Assembly (NCBI GenBank): GCA_043718025.1
Contig: JAYSWN010000023.1
Coordinates: forward strand, 1-15,520
Direction of reading: 5' to 3'
DNA: 15,520 bases
DNA from: Pseudomonadota bacterium
GTDB lineage: Bacteria > Bdellovibrionota > FAC87 > UBA2466
Shown: in pieces, positions 1 to 7,238 of the stretch
How positions within the stretch are numbered: position 1 is the stretch's first letter
Layout: each line of letters opens with the position of its first letter
Position numbers and translations under genes: made by a program
The notes under the pieces: generated by a model
What the model was told of the DNA's origin: nothing
What the model saw: the letters and a program-made list of their open reading frames with translations, nothing else
Database searches by the model: none

Positions 1-221
1 GCCTCGCCCTCGCAGCTCTGCAACCGACGGCTCACCTCATCGAGTTTAACGCGCGCAATTCCTTTGCTTGGATTCACGCTATCGAGCCGCACCCCCGACG
101 CTTTGATGTACAGGGTGTTATCGTGCTTAAAAGATAGATTTCCCCCCGCGCCTTGTACCCAATGAGGAATTTTTTTGCCCACACGTTGGCAAGCTTCGGT
201 CAGCGCGGAAAGGGGATTCAT
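1..221 (-). CDS. Class II aldolase/adducin family protein (N-terminal part; runs off the left edge of the window)
   Basis: Not in the ORF track. Manual translation from the ATG at 221: MNPLSALTEACQRVGKKIPHWVQGAGGNLSFKHDNTLYIKASGVRLDSV..., open to the window edge. The GxGGNxS and IKASG motifs are typical of class II aldolase (RhaD-like) N-termini. Confidence 0.85.
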   Translation of the reverse strand, partial: MNPLSALTEACQRVGKKIPHWVQGAGGNLSFKHDNTLYIKASGVRLDSVNPSKGIARVKLDEVSRRLQSCEGE

Positions 222-254
222 ATATAATTTATACTCCAACTGGAGAGGCACAGC

Positions 255-857
255 ATGCTCAAGATCATTAGGCACCGCGTAAATACCGTTAAAGAGCTGG
301 CGGCCTTGGCGCCGGGGCTGGGTGCCGAGATTGATCTACGGTCGCGGGGCGAAGACATTGTGCTCAACCACGAGCCTTTCGCCGAGGGCGATAAATTTTC
401 GGACTTTCTCAAGGTTTGGGTCATGGCCAAGCGGGGCACTCTGATCCTCAACCCCAAAGAAGACGGTCTTGAACGCCGGGTGCTAGAAGCCCTGGCGGCC
501 TTGAAGATCGAAGACTTTTTCTTTCTCGACTTACCCCATCCCACCATCGTGCGCCTAACCGTCAAAGAGGCCGTGGGCCAGGTGGCGGTGCGTGTTTCAG
601 AGTACGAATTGGTGGAAAGCGCCCTTAAACTAGAGAAAAAAGCCGACTGGGTGTGGCTCGACTGCTTTTCCGGCCAACCCCCCTCTCCGCAAGTGATGGC
701 GGCGCTCAAAGGCAAGTTTCGCCTTTGCCTGGTCTCCCCCGAGCTGCACGCGTTTTCTAAGGAGACCATTGCCGCCTTCCTGCACTTGACGCCGGAGCTC
801 GATGCCGTCTGTACAAAACACCCCGACGCGTGGACCACCAAGCCTCTGCAGCGCTAG
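255..857 (+). CDS. Small glycerophosphodiester phosphodiesterase / PI-PLC-like TIM-barrel protein
   Basis: 200 aa with GGAGAGG SD. GDPD-like motifs are IIRHR, GAEIDLR, IVLNHEP, LNPKE and a C-terminal AVCTK-P. Confidence 0.7.
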   Translation: MLKIIRHRVNTVKELAALAPGLGAEIDLRSRGEDIVLNHEPFAEGDKFSDFLKVWVMAKRGTLILNPKEDGLERRVLEALAALKIEDFFFLDLPHPTIVRLTVKEAVGQVAVRVSEYELVESALKLEKKADWVWLDCFSGQPPSPQVMAALKGKFRLCLVSPELHAFSKETIAAFLHLTPELDAVCTKHPDAWTTKPLQR

Positions 858-898
858 GGGTAAAGCCCAAAACCCACCTAATTTCCCGCTCATAACCC

Positions 899-927
899 TT
901 GAAACCACGACGCTTTTTGCCTAGTAT
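899..927 (+). promoter_or_regulatory. Sigma70-type promoter of the prs operon (leaderless or near-leaderless)
   Basis: TTGAAA (899-904), 17-nt spacer, TAGTAT (922-927), then 9 nt to the prs ATG with no SD. Confidence 0.6.
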
Positions 928-936
928 CCGGCGCTT

Positions 937-1887
937 ATGGTTTCAGCCGAAGAATTCAAAATTTTCTCGGGCACCGCGAATACGGTCCTTGCCAGGGCCA
1001 TCGCCAATGAGCTGGGAACAGACTTACGCAAAGCTGAAATACGCCGTTTTTCAGACGGAGAGATTTTCGTAGAAGTGCAAGAAAGCGTAAGAGGGTTCAA
1101 TACTTATATTGTTCAACCCACCTGCCACCCGGTTAATGATTCATTGATGGAAATGCTGATCATGACCGACGCTTTAAAGCGGTCTTCGGCCAAATCTATT
1201 ACCGCGGTTATTCCTTATTACGGCTACGCTCGCCAAGATCGCAAAGTGCAATCTCGTGTGCCCATCACCGCAAAATTGGTAGCCGATCTGTTTACCGCCG
1301 CCGGCATTAACCGCGTCATCGCCATGGACCTGCACGCTGGCCAGATTCAAGGTTTTTTCAATATTCCGTTCGACCATCTCTACGCTAAGAACGTAATTTT
1401 GAATCACATTAGGGCCACTTACGACATGTCTAAAGTGATTGTCGTTTCGCCCGATGCCGGGGGCGTAGAACGGGCCCGGGCCTACGCTAAACGTCTCGAA
1501 TGTGGTCTGGCCATCATCGACAAGCGCCGGCTGCGTCCCAATGAAGCCCAGGCCATGAACCTGATCGGCGACGTTACCGGCAAACAGGCCATCATCATCG
1601 ACGACATGATTGATACGGCCGGCACGCTCATGCAGGCGGTACAGGTAGTTTTAGAAAAAGGCGCCCTTTCCGTGAGTGCTGCTTGCTCTCATGGTGTTTT
1701 TTCGGGAGCTGCGGTAGAACGCATTCGCGACAGCCGCTTAAAAGAAGTGATTTGCACGGATACGATTCCCTTGTCGCCCGAAATGGCCAAGGTATCGAAA
1801 GTAAAATGTCTCTCGGTCGCTCCGGTGCTGGCTGAGGCGATTCGCCGCATTCATATGCACGAATCGGTAAGTTCGTTATTTGACTAG
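937..1887 (+). CDS. prs: Ribose-phosphate pyrophosphokinase
   Basis: Motifs [34 protein letters not shown] and [11 protein letters not shown]; canonical prs-rplY-pth context. Confidence 0.98.
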   Translation: MVSAEEFKIFSGTANTVLARAIANELGTDLRKAEIRRFSDGEIFVEVQESVRGFNTYIVQPTCHPVNDSLMEMLIMTDALKRSSAKSITAVIPYYGYARQDRKVQSRVPITAKLVADLFTAAGINRVIAMDLHAGQIQGFFNIPFDHLYAKNVILNHIRATYDMSKVIVVSPDAGGVERARAYAKRLECGLAIIDKRRLRPNEAQAMNLIGDVTGKQAIIIDDMIDTAGTLMQAVQVVLEKGALSVSAACSHGVFSGAAVERIRDSRLKEVICTDTIPLSPEMAKVSKVKCLSVAPVLAEAIRRIHMHESVSSLFD

Positions 1888-1943
1888 GCCGCTGGCGTAA
1901 GCCAGTGCTTGGCAGTTTTAAAAGTAGTTATAGGAGTATCTAA

Positions 1944-2639
1944 ATGGAACAGCAGCATACGCTTTGGGTTGAACCCAGACAGCAAACAGGCAAAGGGGTT
2001 AACCGAAAGATCCGTAAGGCAGGAAAGCTTCCTGCTGTTCTTTACGGCATGGGCAAGAGCCAACCCGTAATCGTTGACCCGGTGGTCATGTACAAAAACC
2101 TTCTTGGCGAAGACGGCCGCAACCGCGTTTACCAAGTGGAATCAGGCGCGTTGCAGGGAAAAAATATTTTAATTAAAGACTGGCAGGTTGATCCGTTGTC
2201 CCGCCGTCTGGTTCACGTTGATCTTCTCGAAATCGACGTTACCAAAAAGATCACCGCCACGGTGGCGATCAACTTTACCGGTAAGTCGATTGGTGTCGCT
2301 GAAGGCGGCGTGCTCAACATCATTGGCCGTACGCTAGAAGTTCGCTGTTTACCGACCGCGATTCCAAAAAGCATCAATGTTGATGTAACAAACTTGGCGA
2401 TCGGCCGATCCATCCATTTATCGGAAGTGGAAATGCCCGCGGGCGTTGAAAAAGCGGGTCAAGACGATCCTACGTTGGTTGCCTGCGTGCCTCCGACTAA
2501 GGAAGAGGAAGCTACGGCTTCGCTCACGGCAGCTGCCGAGCCCGAAGTCATCACGGCCAAGAAACCTGCAGAAGGCGAAGCAGCCGCTGCTGGTGCCGAC
2601 GCCAAGAAGGACGAAAAGAAAGACGAAAAGAAGAAGTAA
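1944..2639 (+). CDS. rplY: 50S ribosomal protein L25/general stress protein Ctc (long form)
   Basis: Motifs GKGVNRKIR, PAVLYG, HVDL, G-GV-EGG-L and IP-SI-VDV; charged C-terminal tail; AGGAG SD. Confidence 0.96.
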   Translation: MEQQHTLWVEPRQQTGKGVNRKIRKAGKLPAVLYGMGKSQPVIVDPVVMYKNLLGEDGRNRVYQVESGALQGKNILIKDWQVDPLSRRLVHVDLLEIDVTKKITATVAINFTGKSIGVAEGGVLNIIGRTLEVRCLPTAIPKSINVDVTNLAIGRSIHLSEVEMPAGVEKAGQDDPTLVACVPPTKEEEATASLTAAAEPEVITAKKPAEGEAAAAGADAKKDEKKDEKKK

Positions 2640-2645
2640 TTGGGT

Positions 2646-3248
2646 ATGCCAGGTTTTCTGCTCCAAGCCATTGTGGGGCTGGGAAATCCGGGCTCCAAAT
2701 ACGACAAGACTCGCCACAACCTGGGGTTCCGGGTTGTGGATCTGCTTGCCCAACGTTGGCGTTCAAGAGTGGACGCCAAAAAATTCAAATCTTTGGTGGG
2801 CGACTCCGACTTACCCTCGGGTCGCCTAACCTTACTCAAGCCCCAAACCTACATGAACCTTTCGGGCGAAGCCGTTGGCGAGGCCGCCCGTTTTTACAAA
2901 TGGTTGCCTGAATCTATTTTGGTGTTGAGTGACGATCTCGACATTCCCGATGGGGCGATTCGTATTCGCCCATTCGGTGGTGCCGGCGGTCACAATGGAT
3001 TGAAGTCGCTGATTGAACAGCTGGGCAGCGATAAATTTCCGCGCATCCGCATTGGCATTGGCCGCGATCCGGTAATGCCCGCAGATGCCTACGTGCTGGC
3101 AACTATCCCCGCCGCAAAGCTTGATTTTTATGACGAGTTAGTAAAACGCACGGCCGACGCCGTAGTTTGTATTTTAGAAGAGGGGCTTGAAAAAGCGATG
3201 ACGCGATTTCACACCCCCGCTACCACAGAATTGAAAAAGGAAACGTGA
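2646..3248 (+). CDS. pth: Peptidyl-tRNA hydrolase
   Basis: Motifs VGLGNPG-KY-TRHN-GF, KPQTYMNLSG, DDLD, GGHNGLKS and RIRIGI. ATG at 2646 chosen; an in-frame TTG at 2640 is an alternative start. Confidence 0.97.
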   Translation: MPGFLLQAIVGLGNPGSKYDKTRHNLGFRVVDLLAQRWRSRVDAKKFKSLVGDSDLPSGRLTLLKPQTYMNLSGEAVGEAARFYKWLPESILVLSDDLDIPDGAIRIRPFGGAGGHNGLKSLIEQLGSDKFPRIRIGIGRDPVMPADAYVLATIPAAKLDFYDELVKRTADAVVCILEEGLEKAMTRFHTPATTELKKET

Positions 3249-3252
3249 TCTC

Positions 3253-4341
3253 ATGAGTCTCCGATGCGGAATTGTTGGCTTGCCCAACGTCGGTAAATCT
3301 ACCCTGTTTAACACCCTGGGTTCGGCCAAAGCCGAAGCGGCCAATTATCCGTTTTGCACCATTGAGCCCAACCTCTGTGTGGTGAACGTACCTGACGCGC
3401 GCTTAGATGAGATTTCGAAAATCATTAAAGCGCAACGTACCGTGCCGGCCAACACGCAGATCGTCGACATTGCCGGTATCGTAAAGGGGGCCAGCAAAGG
3501 CGAGGGGCTGGGCAATAAATTTTTGCAGCACATTCGCGAGGTAGACGCGATTGTGCATTTGGTTCGCTGTTTTATTAACGACGACATTGTGCACGTCGAT
3601 GGTAGCGTGGACCCGGCCCGCGACATGGAAGTGGTAAACACCGAGCTTATCCTGGCTGACCTAGAAGCCATCGACAAACGGCTCGACAAAGATCGCCGCC
3701 TGTCTAAATCAGGCGATAAAGACGCCCGTAAGATGGCCGACATTCTTGAAAAGCTGAAAGCGCATATGGATTCTGGCCGTCCCGCTCGCACCTTGCCGAT
3801 GGATGAAGAAGAGCGGGCCACGATCAAACCCATTTTTCTACTCACCGCAAAGCCGGTGCTTTACGTGGCCAACACCAGTTCGAAGTCCGAAGAAAAGCAG
3901 TACACCGATGTTGTCGAAAAGATCGCGGCGGCCGAAGGCGCCAAGTTTTTGATCATCGACGGGGGAATGGAATCAGAAATTGCGCAGCTTCCCGAGGCCG
4001 ATCGTGGTGAGTTTCTAAAAGAGATGGGCCTGCAAGAGCCCGGCCTAAACCGGTTTATCCGCACCGTTTTCGATCTCATGGGCTTAACTACGTACTATAC
4101 CGCCGGGGTAAAAGAAGCACGTGCCTGGACGATTCACAAAGGGGACAAAGGGCCGCAGGCGGCCGGCGTGATTCATACCGACTTCGAGCGCGGTTTTATC
4201 TGCGCTGAAACCTACAATAGTGATGATCTGATTAAACTGGGTAGCGAAGCAAAAATTCGTGAAGCGGGCTTAATGCGGCAAGAGGGTAAAGAGTACGTTG
4301 TGCAAAAGGGCGACGTGATAACCTTTAGGTTCAATGTCTAA
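3253..4341 (+). CDS. ychF: Redox-regulated ribosome-binding ATPase YchF (Obg family)
   Basis: Motifs GIVGLPNVGKST, ANYPFCTIEPN, DIAG-VKGASKGEGLGNKFL, AAGVIHTDFERGFI and terminal FRFNV. Confidence 0.98.
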   Translation: MSLRCGIVGLPNVGKSTLFNTLGSAKAEAANYPFCTIEPNLCVVNVPDARLDEISKIIKAQRTVPANTQIVDIAGIVKGASKGEGLGNKFLQHIREVDAIVHLVRCFINDDIVHVDGSVDPARDMEVVNTELILADLEAIDKRLDKDRRLSKSGDKDARKMADILEKLKAHMDSGRPARTLPMDEEERATIKPIFLLTAKPVLYVANTSSKSEEKQYTDVVEKIAAAEGAKFLIIDGGMESEIAQLPEADRGEFLKEMGLQEPGLNRFIRTVFDLMGLTTYYTAGVKEARAWTIHKGDKGPQAAGVIHTDFERGFICAETYNSDDLIKLGSEAKIREAGLMRQEGKEYVVQKGDVITFRFNV

Positions 4342-5206
4342 GCCCAGCGTCAGCGGTTTTTCTATTCTGCGCAACGGCACTCTAATGAACTATCCGTTCT
4401 TAGAATCTCTCCGTTCGGCGTTGCCCTTGTGCGATGAGTTTATCCTCAACTTGGGCGATTGCACTGACGATACGGAAGCCCATTTGGCCCAACTATCTTT
4501 GGAGTTCCCCGGAAAATTGAAGCTCATTCGCACCCACTGGGAAAAGAAAAACCAAACCGGAGGCAGTCAGCTAAAGATCCAATCTGACCGCGCCTTGGCC
4601 GAGTGTCAGGGTGACTGGTGCCTTTATCTGCAGGCGGATGAAGTGCTGCACGAGCAAGATTATCCCAAGCTGCGCGAGGCAATGGCCGCCGCCGATCCAC
4701 TTCCGCAAATAGACGGCATCGTGTTCGACTACCTCCATTTTTACGGCAACTATGACTACGTGATCTCGGGCCGAAGCTGGTACCGCAAAGAGGTTAGGCT
4801 TTTTAAAAACCGCCGCGGTATCCAAACTTATCGCGATGCCCAAGGTTTTCGCAAAGCGGGAAAAAAGATTAAGGCGCTTTACGCCGGTACTAAGATCTAC
4901 CATTACGGCCATGTGCAGAGCGTAGAAACCAATCTGTCGCGCCGCGAACAGATGGCCACCTGGTGGGGTGAGGCTGCCAACCTTAACGATCCTAAATTGA
5001 GGTATTTTAATCACACGGGGTTAAAAAAATTTGTCGCTACCCACCCGTCAACGATGACCCAACGTTTAAAGCAAAACCCTATTTGCGTTGATCCCTCGAA
5101 ACGACCGCGTGTCTTTACCCTAAAAGAGTGGCGCGATCGCATTACGCTGCTGTGGGAATCTATTGTCCCCTACCGCTTCGGAGAATTCAAAAACTACGAA
5201 ATCTAA
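4334..5206 (+). CDS. GT-A fold glycosyltransferase (GT2-like)
   Basis: Motifs SGFSILRNG--YPF-ES-RS-LP-CDE, GD-C-YLQADE, HFYG-Y and YHYG. Overlaps the ychF stop by 8 nt, suggesting translational coupling. Confidence 0.85.
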   Translation: MSKPSVSGFSILRNGTLMNYPFLESLRSALPLCDEFILNLGDCTDDTEAHLAQLSLEFPGKLKLIRTHWEKKNQTGGSQLKIQSDRALAECQGDWCLYLQADEVLHEQDYPKLREAMAAADPLPQIDGIVFDYLHFYGNYDYVISGRSWYRKEVRLFKNRRGIQTYRDAQGFRKAGKKIKALYAGTKIYHYGHVQSVETNLSRREQMATWWGEAANLNDPKLRYFNHTGLKKFVATHPSTMTQRLKQNPICVDPSKRPRVFTLKEWRDRITLLWESIVPYRFGEFKNYEI

Positions 5207-5243
5207 AAAACCTTTTTGTTGCCGAGTGGTTTTGAGATCCTAA

Positions 5244-5280
5244 AAATACAAAAGCCCCAAGGGGTGCTCCTTGGGGCTTT
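5244..5280 (-). terminator. Rho-independent terminator (stronger on the minus strand, possibly bidirectional)
   Basis: 12-bp inverted repeat AAAGCCCCAAGG (5251-5262) / CCTTGGGGCTTT (5269-5280). On the minus strand the hairpin ends in UUUUGUAUUUUU; on the plus strand it ends in only UUUC. Confidence 0.85.
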
Positions 5281-5404
5281 CTCGAAAGAAATTTGGTGAG
5301 ATTGTAGGCTAGAAATTTGGTAAGCCGAAGCACCTTGGGGTTATTTGATTTGATTAAAAGTTTTTTTCTCCTTGGAGTTCACCTTTCGATGTCCTCTTAC
5401 GTAT
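5245..5404 (-). ncRNA. Candidate sigma54-dependent small RNA, ~160 nt (family not recognised)
   Basis: Lies between a consensus sigma54 promoter (predicted +1 near 5404) and an intrinsic terminator. Contains a GAAA-tetraloop hairpin and internal repeats, and no AUG-started ORF. Confidence 0.65.
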
Positions 5405-5414
5405 ACATGCTGTG

Positions 5415-5431
5415 AGCAAGTCACGTGCCAA
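5415..5431 (-). promoter_or_regulatory. Sigma54 (RpoN) -24/-12 promoter
   Basis: The minus strand reads TTGGCACGTGACTTGCT, an exact match to the consensus TGGCACG-N4-TTGCW. Confidence 0.85.
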
Positions 5432-5620
5432 CCTTGCAAAATCATTTTGAGCCTAAAAGTTTTCGTACCCCACGCTTTAAGACTCCTTTTGACACCAATC
5501 GTCGGCCACCGGGCCCAAAACGGGCTAAATATTTTCCGATTGGTTTAAATTGGCCGCAAAGCAGTGCCAGTTGGCCAGAGCGCGGTGACACTTTTCGCGG
5601 GCTTAAGCGTAAAGTCTGCT

Positions 5621-5920
5621 GTGGTAAAACTCCGAACGACGAAAATAGGAATCCACTCCATCGAAATAGCCCTGCCCCTGGGCCGAATAACGGTCGAAGA
5701 CATGGCGCGGCATAGCGGTGCCGCCCCCGCCGAACTGCTTGAAGAGATTGGGGTATTTGAGAAGCCGGTGCTCGAGGTAGGCCAAGAAATTTTTACCTAC
5801 GGAGTACAGGCCGCGAAGCAGGTTTTGGATGGGGCCAAAATATCCTGCTCGGATCTTGGTCTGGTTATCTTTGCATCGTGCGGAGTCTCGCGCCGCCAGA
5901 TGTGGTCGGATTCTTTATGA
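5621..5920 (+). pseudogene. Truncated 3-oxoacyl-ACP synthase III (FabH-like) N-terminal fragment
   Basis: IGIHSIEIALP...IT-EDMA...IGV-EKPV...GVQAAKQVLDGAKI---DLGLVIFAS...QMWS matches the KAS III N-terminus. It stops after ~99 aa, before the catalytic Cys region; full-length enzymes are ~330 aa. Confidence 0.7.
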
Positions 5921-6431
5921 TGAGTAGTGGAACGGCGGGGCGGGGCTGCTCCCTCGCGTTGCTCGTGGGGGTGGGGTGGCGCTTCCACCCGGGCGTGATT
6001 CAGGCGTGTAGTGCAAGGCCGGGCGCTGGTGGAGTTTCAAGTCGTGACTTCACCCACTTTGCCTTTTTATCTTTGGCGCGACAACCTCACTTCAGGGCTA
6101 GTGCTATTTAGGAGGGGCTAGCCAAGCGAACTAAATCAAAAGCGTCCCACCCGTTTTCGAAGTTTTTTTTAAATTTTTTTTCCCGAAAAAGGAGATAAAA
6201 AAATCCAGAGGCATTTCAAAGCCAGGAAACAACCCACCCGACTCGAAGTCTCGCGCAAAAAAGAACCTCGGGCGATGACTATAAGACAAGTAAGGGGAAC
6301 CAAGTGAAAGTGGCCGTGGCAAAGTAGGTTGCGCCTCAACGGCACAAACAAATCGGCAGCACCAAGGTGAAAAGCTAGACTCTTCCCTTAAGTGAAACGC
6401 CAAGGAAAATCGCCACGCTCCCCACCGGCAC

Positions 6432-6509
6432 GAATACCCCGAGCGGATTCGACGGGTGCTGGCCCGCGAGAATCTTTCGACTGCGCAATTTGATCATACC
6501 TGCTGACCC
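6432..6509 (+). pseudogene. Possible second FabH-like remnant (C-terminal domain helix-strand)
   Basis: EYPERIRRVLARENLSTAQFD, continuing as YLLT after a 2-nt shift, resembles the KAS III 'I--AL-KAGL---DIDY' segment. Short and judged by eye only. Confidence 0.3.
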
Positions 6510-6520
6510 GCGTGTAGATT

Positions 6521-7210
6521 TTACGGCTTCGCTGTCGTTTGAATCAACGTGGGTAGCGAAACCGCGAATTGAAACGCGTTGAATCTAGGATCGTTTCGGG
6601 CCGAAAGTGGGGTCACATTTTTAAAACCTAGTTTCTCGTAAGCCTCTATCGCCTCAGTGTTTGCTTTAACCACGAGTAGGTCGCAATCTTGGATGCCGAG
6701 TGCGGCGGCTCTGGTAGCGCTAGCGTTCAGCATTGTTTTCATTAGCCCCTGTCTCCGCATCGAAGTGTCCACGCCAATTTTTTCTAAATGGAGCGTTCGG
6801 CTATCAGGGTTATAGTAGGCCAAAACGAACCCCGCGACCGTGCCATTCTTATCTACGATGACTTGACTAAATTGCGTTTTTTGATCGACGCGCTCAATAC
6901 CGTCGAACAGCTCCGGCACAATCGGAAACAGAGTGTCTTTCCCCTTAGTGGAGTGTCCTTCGTCATAAATTTTTCTAGCCAGCGCTATGATTTCTTGGCG
7001 GACTCTTTTTTGTTCTGCGGCCGGCACGTTCGCTAGGTTTATTATCCCCAGCTCAGTATCAGGAATTGACGTGGGCGTTCCGGCCGAGGAAAGAAGCGAA
7101 TTTAAATTTTCGGGACATCCCCTAATCGGCCACCACATGGCTGGGGCAGGGGTTGACAAAAATAGCGCTAAAATAATAACTGATCTGAGTAGGAGTCGGG
7201 CACCGAACAT
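6521..7210 (-). CDS. GNAT-family N-acetyltransferase with a predicted N-terminal signal peptide
   Basis: Acetyl-CoA motif A IGVDTSMRRQGLMK and motif B L-V---N--AI--YEKLGF. Start reassigned from 7297 to ATG 7210 (MFGARLLLRSVIILALFLSTPAPA), which removes the overlap with the upstream gene and fits a promoter. Confidence 0.85.
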   Translation of the reverse strand: MFGARLLLRSVIILALFLSTPAPAMWWPIRGCPENLNSLLSSAGTPTSIPDTELGIINLANVPAAEQKRVRQEIIALARKIYDEGHSTKGKDTLFPIVPELFDGIERVDQKTQFSQVIVDKNGTVAGFVLAYYNPDSRTLHLEKIGVDTSMRRQGLMKTMLNASATRAAALGIQDCDLLVVKANTEAIEAYEKLGFKNVTPLSARNDPRFNAFQFAVSLPTLIQTTAKP

Positions 7211-7217
7211 GGCATTT

Positions 7218-7226
7218 ATTGTAGCA
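7218..7226 (-). promoter_or_regulatory. Extended -10 promoter of the GNAT gene (leaderless)
   Basis: The minus strand reads TGC-TACAAT (TGn-TAnnnT), 7 nt before ATG 7210; no SD. Confidence 0.55.
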
Positions 7227-7238
7227 CGGCTGAAGTGG

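Noticed and set aside
218..908. Minus-strand ORFs of 207 aa and 92 aa
   Set aside because: Antisense shadows of the GDPD-like gene with no motifs; the real minus-strand gene starts at 221 in another frame.
858..936. tRNA-Gln, often found upstream of prs
   Set aside because: No cloverleaf or T-loop GTTCRA motif in this 79-bp spacer.
1174..5014. Many short alternative-frame ORFs within prs, rplY, pth, ychF and the GT
   Set aside because: They overlap well-supported conserved genes and have no recognisable motifs.
5287..5340. CRISPR-like array suggested by the AGAAATTTGGT repeats
   Set aside because: Only two 11-bp copies with a 13-bp spacer, and no cas genes in the window.
5375..5396. c-di-GMP-I riboswitch suggested by the GAAA-tetraloop hairpin
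   Set aside because: The flanking conserved GGCAAA/GCAAAG junction motifs are absent, and there is no downstream gene on this strand.
5425..6403. ORFs 5425-5715, 5603-5785, 5797-5988, 5878-6111, 6131-6403 and 6169-6351
   Set aside because: Atypical composition, no SD or motifs, and they overlap promoter or pseudogene sequence or homopolymer tracts.
6290..6410. RNase P, hammerhead ribozyme or group II intron fragment suggested by the GTGAAA motifs
   Set aside because: The diagnostic sequences (GAGGAAAGTCC, CTGANGA, domain V AGC...GTTC) are not present.
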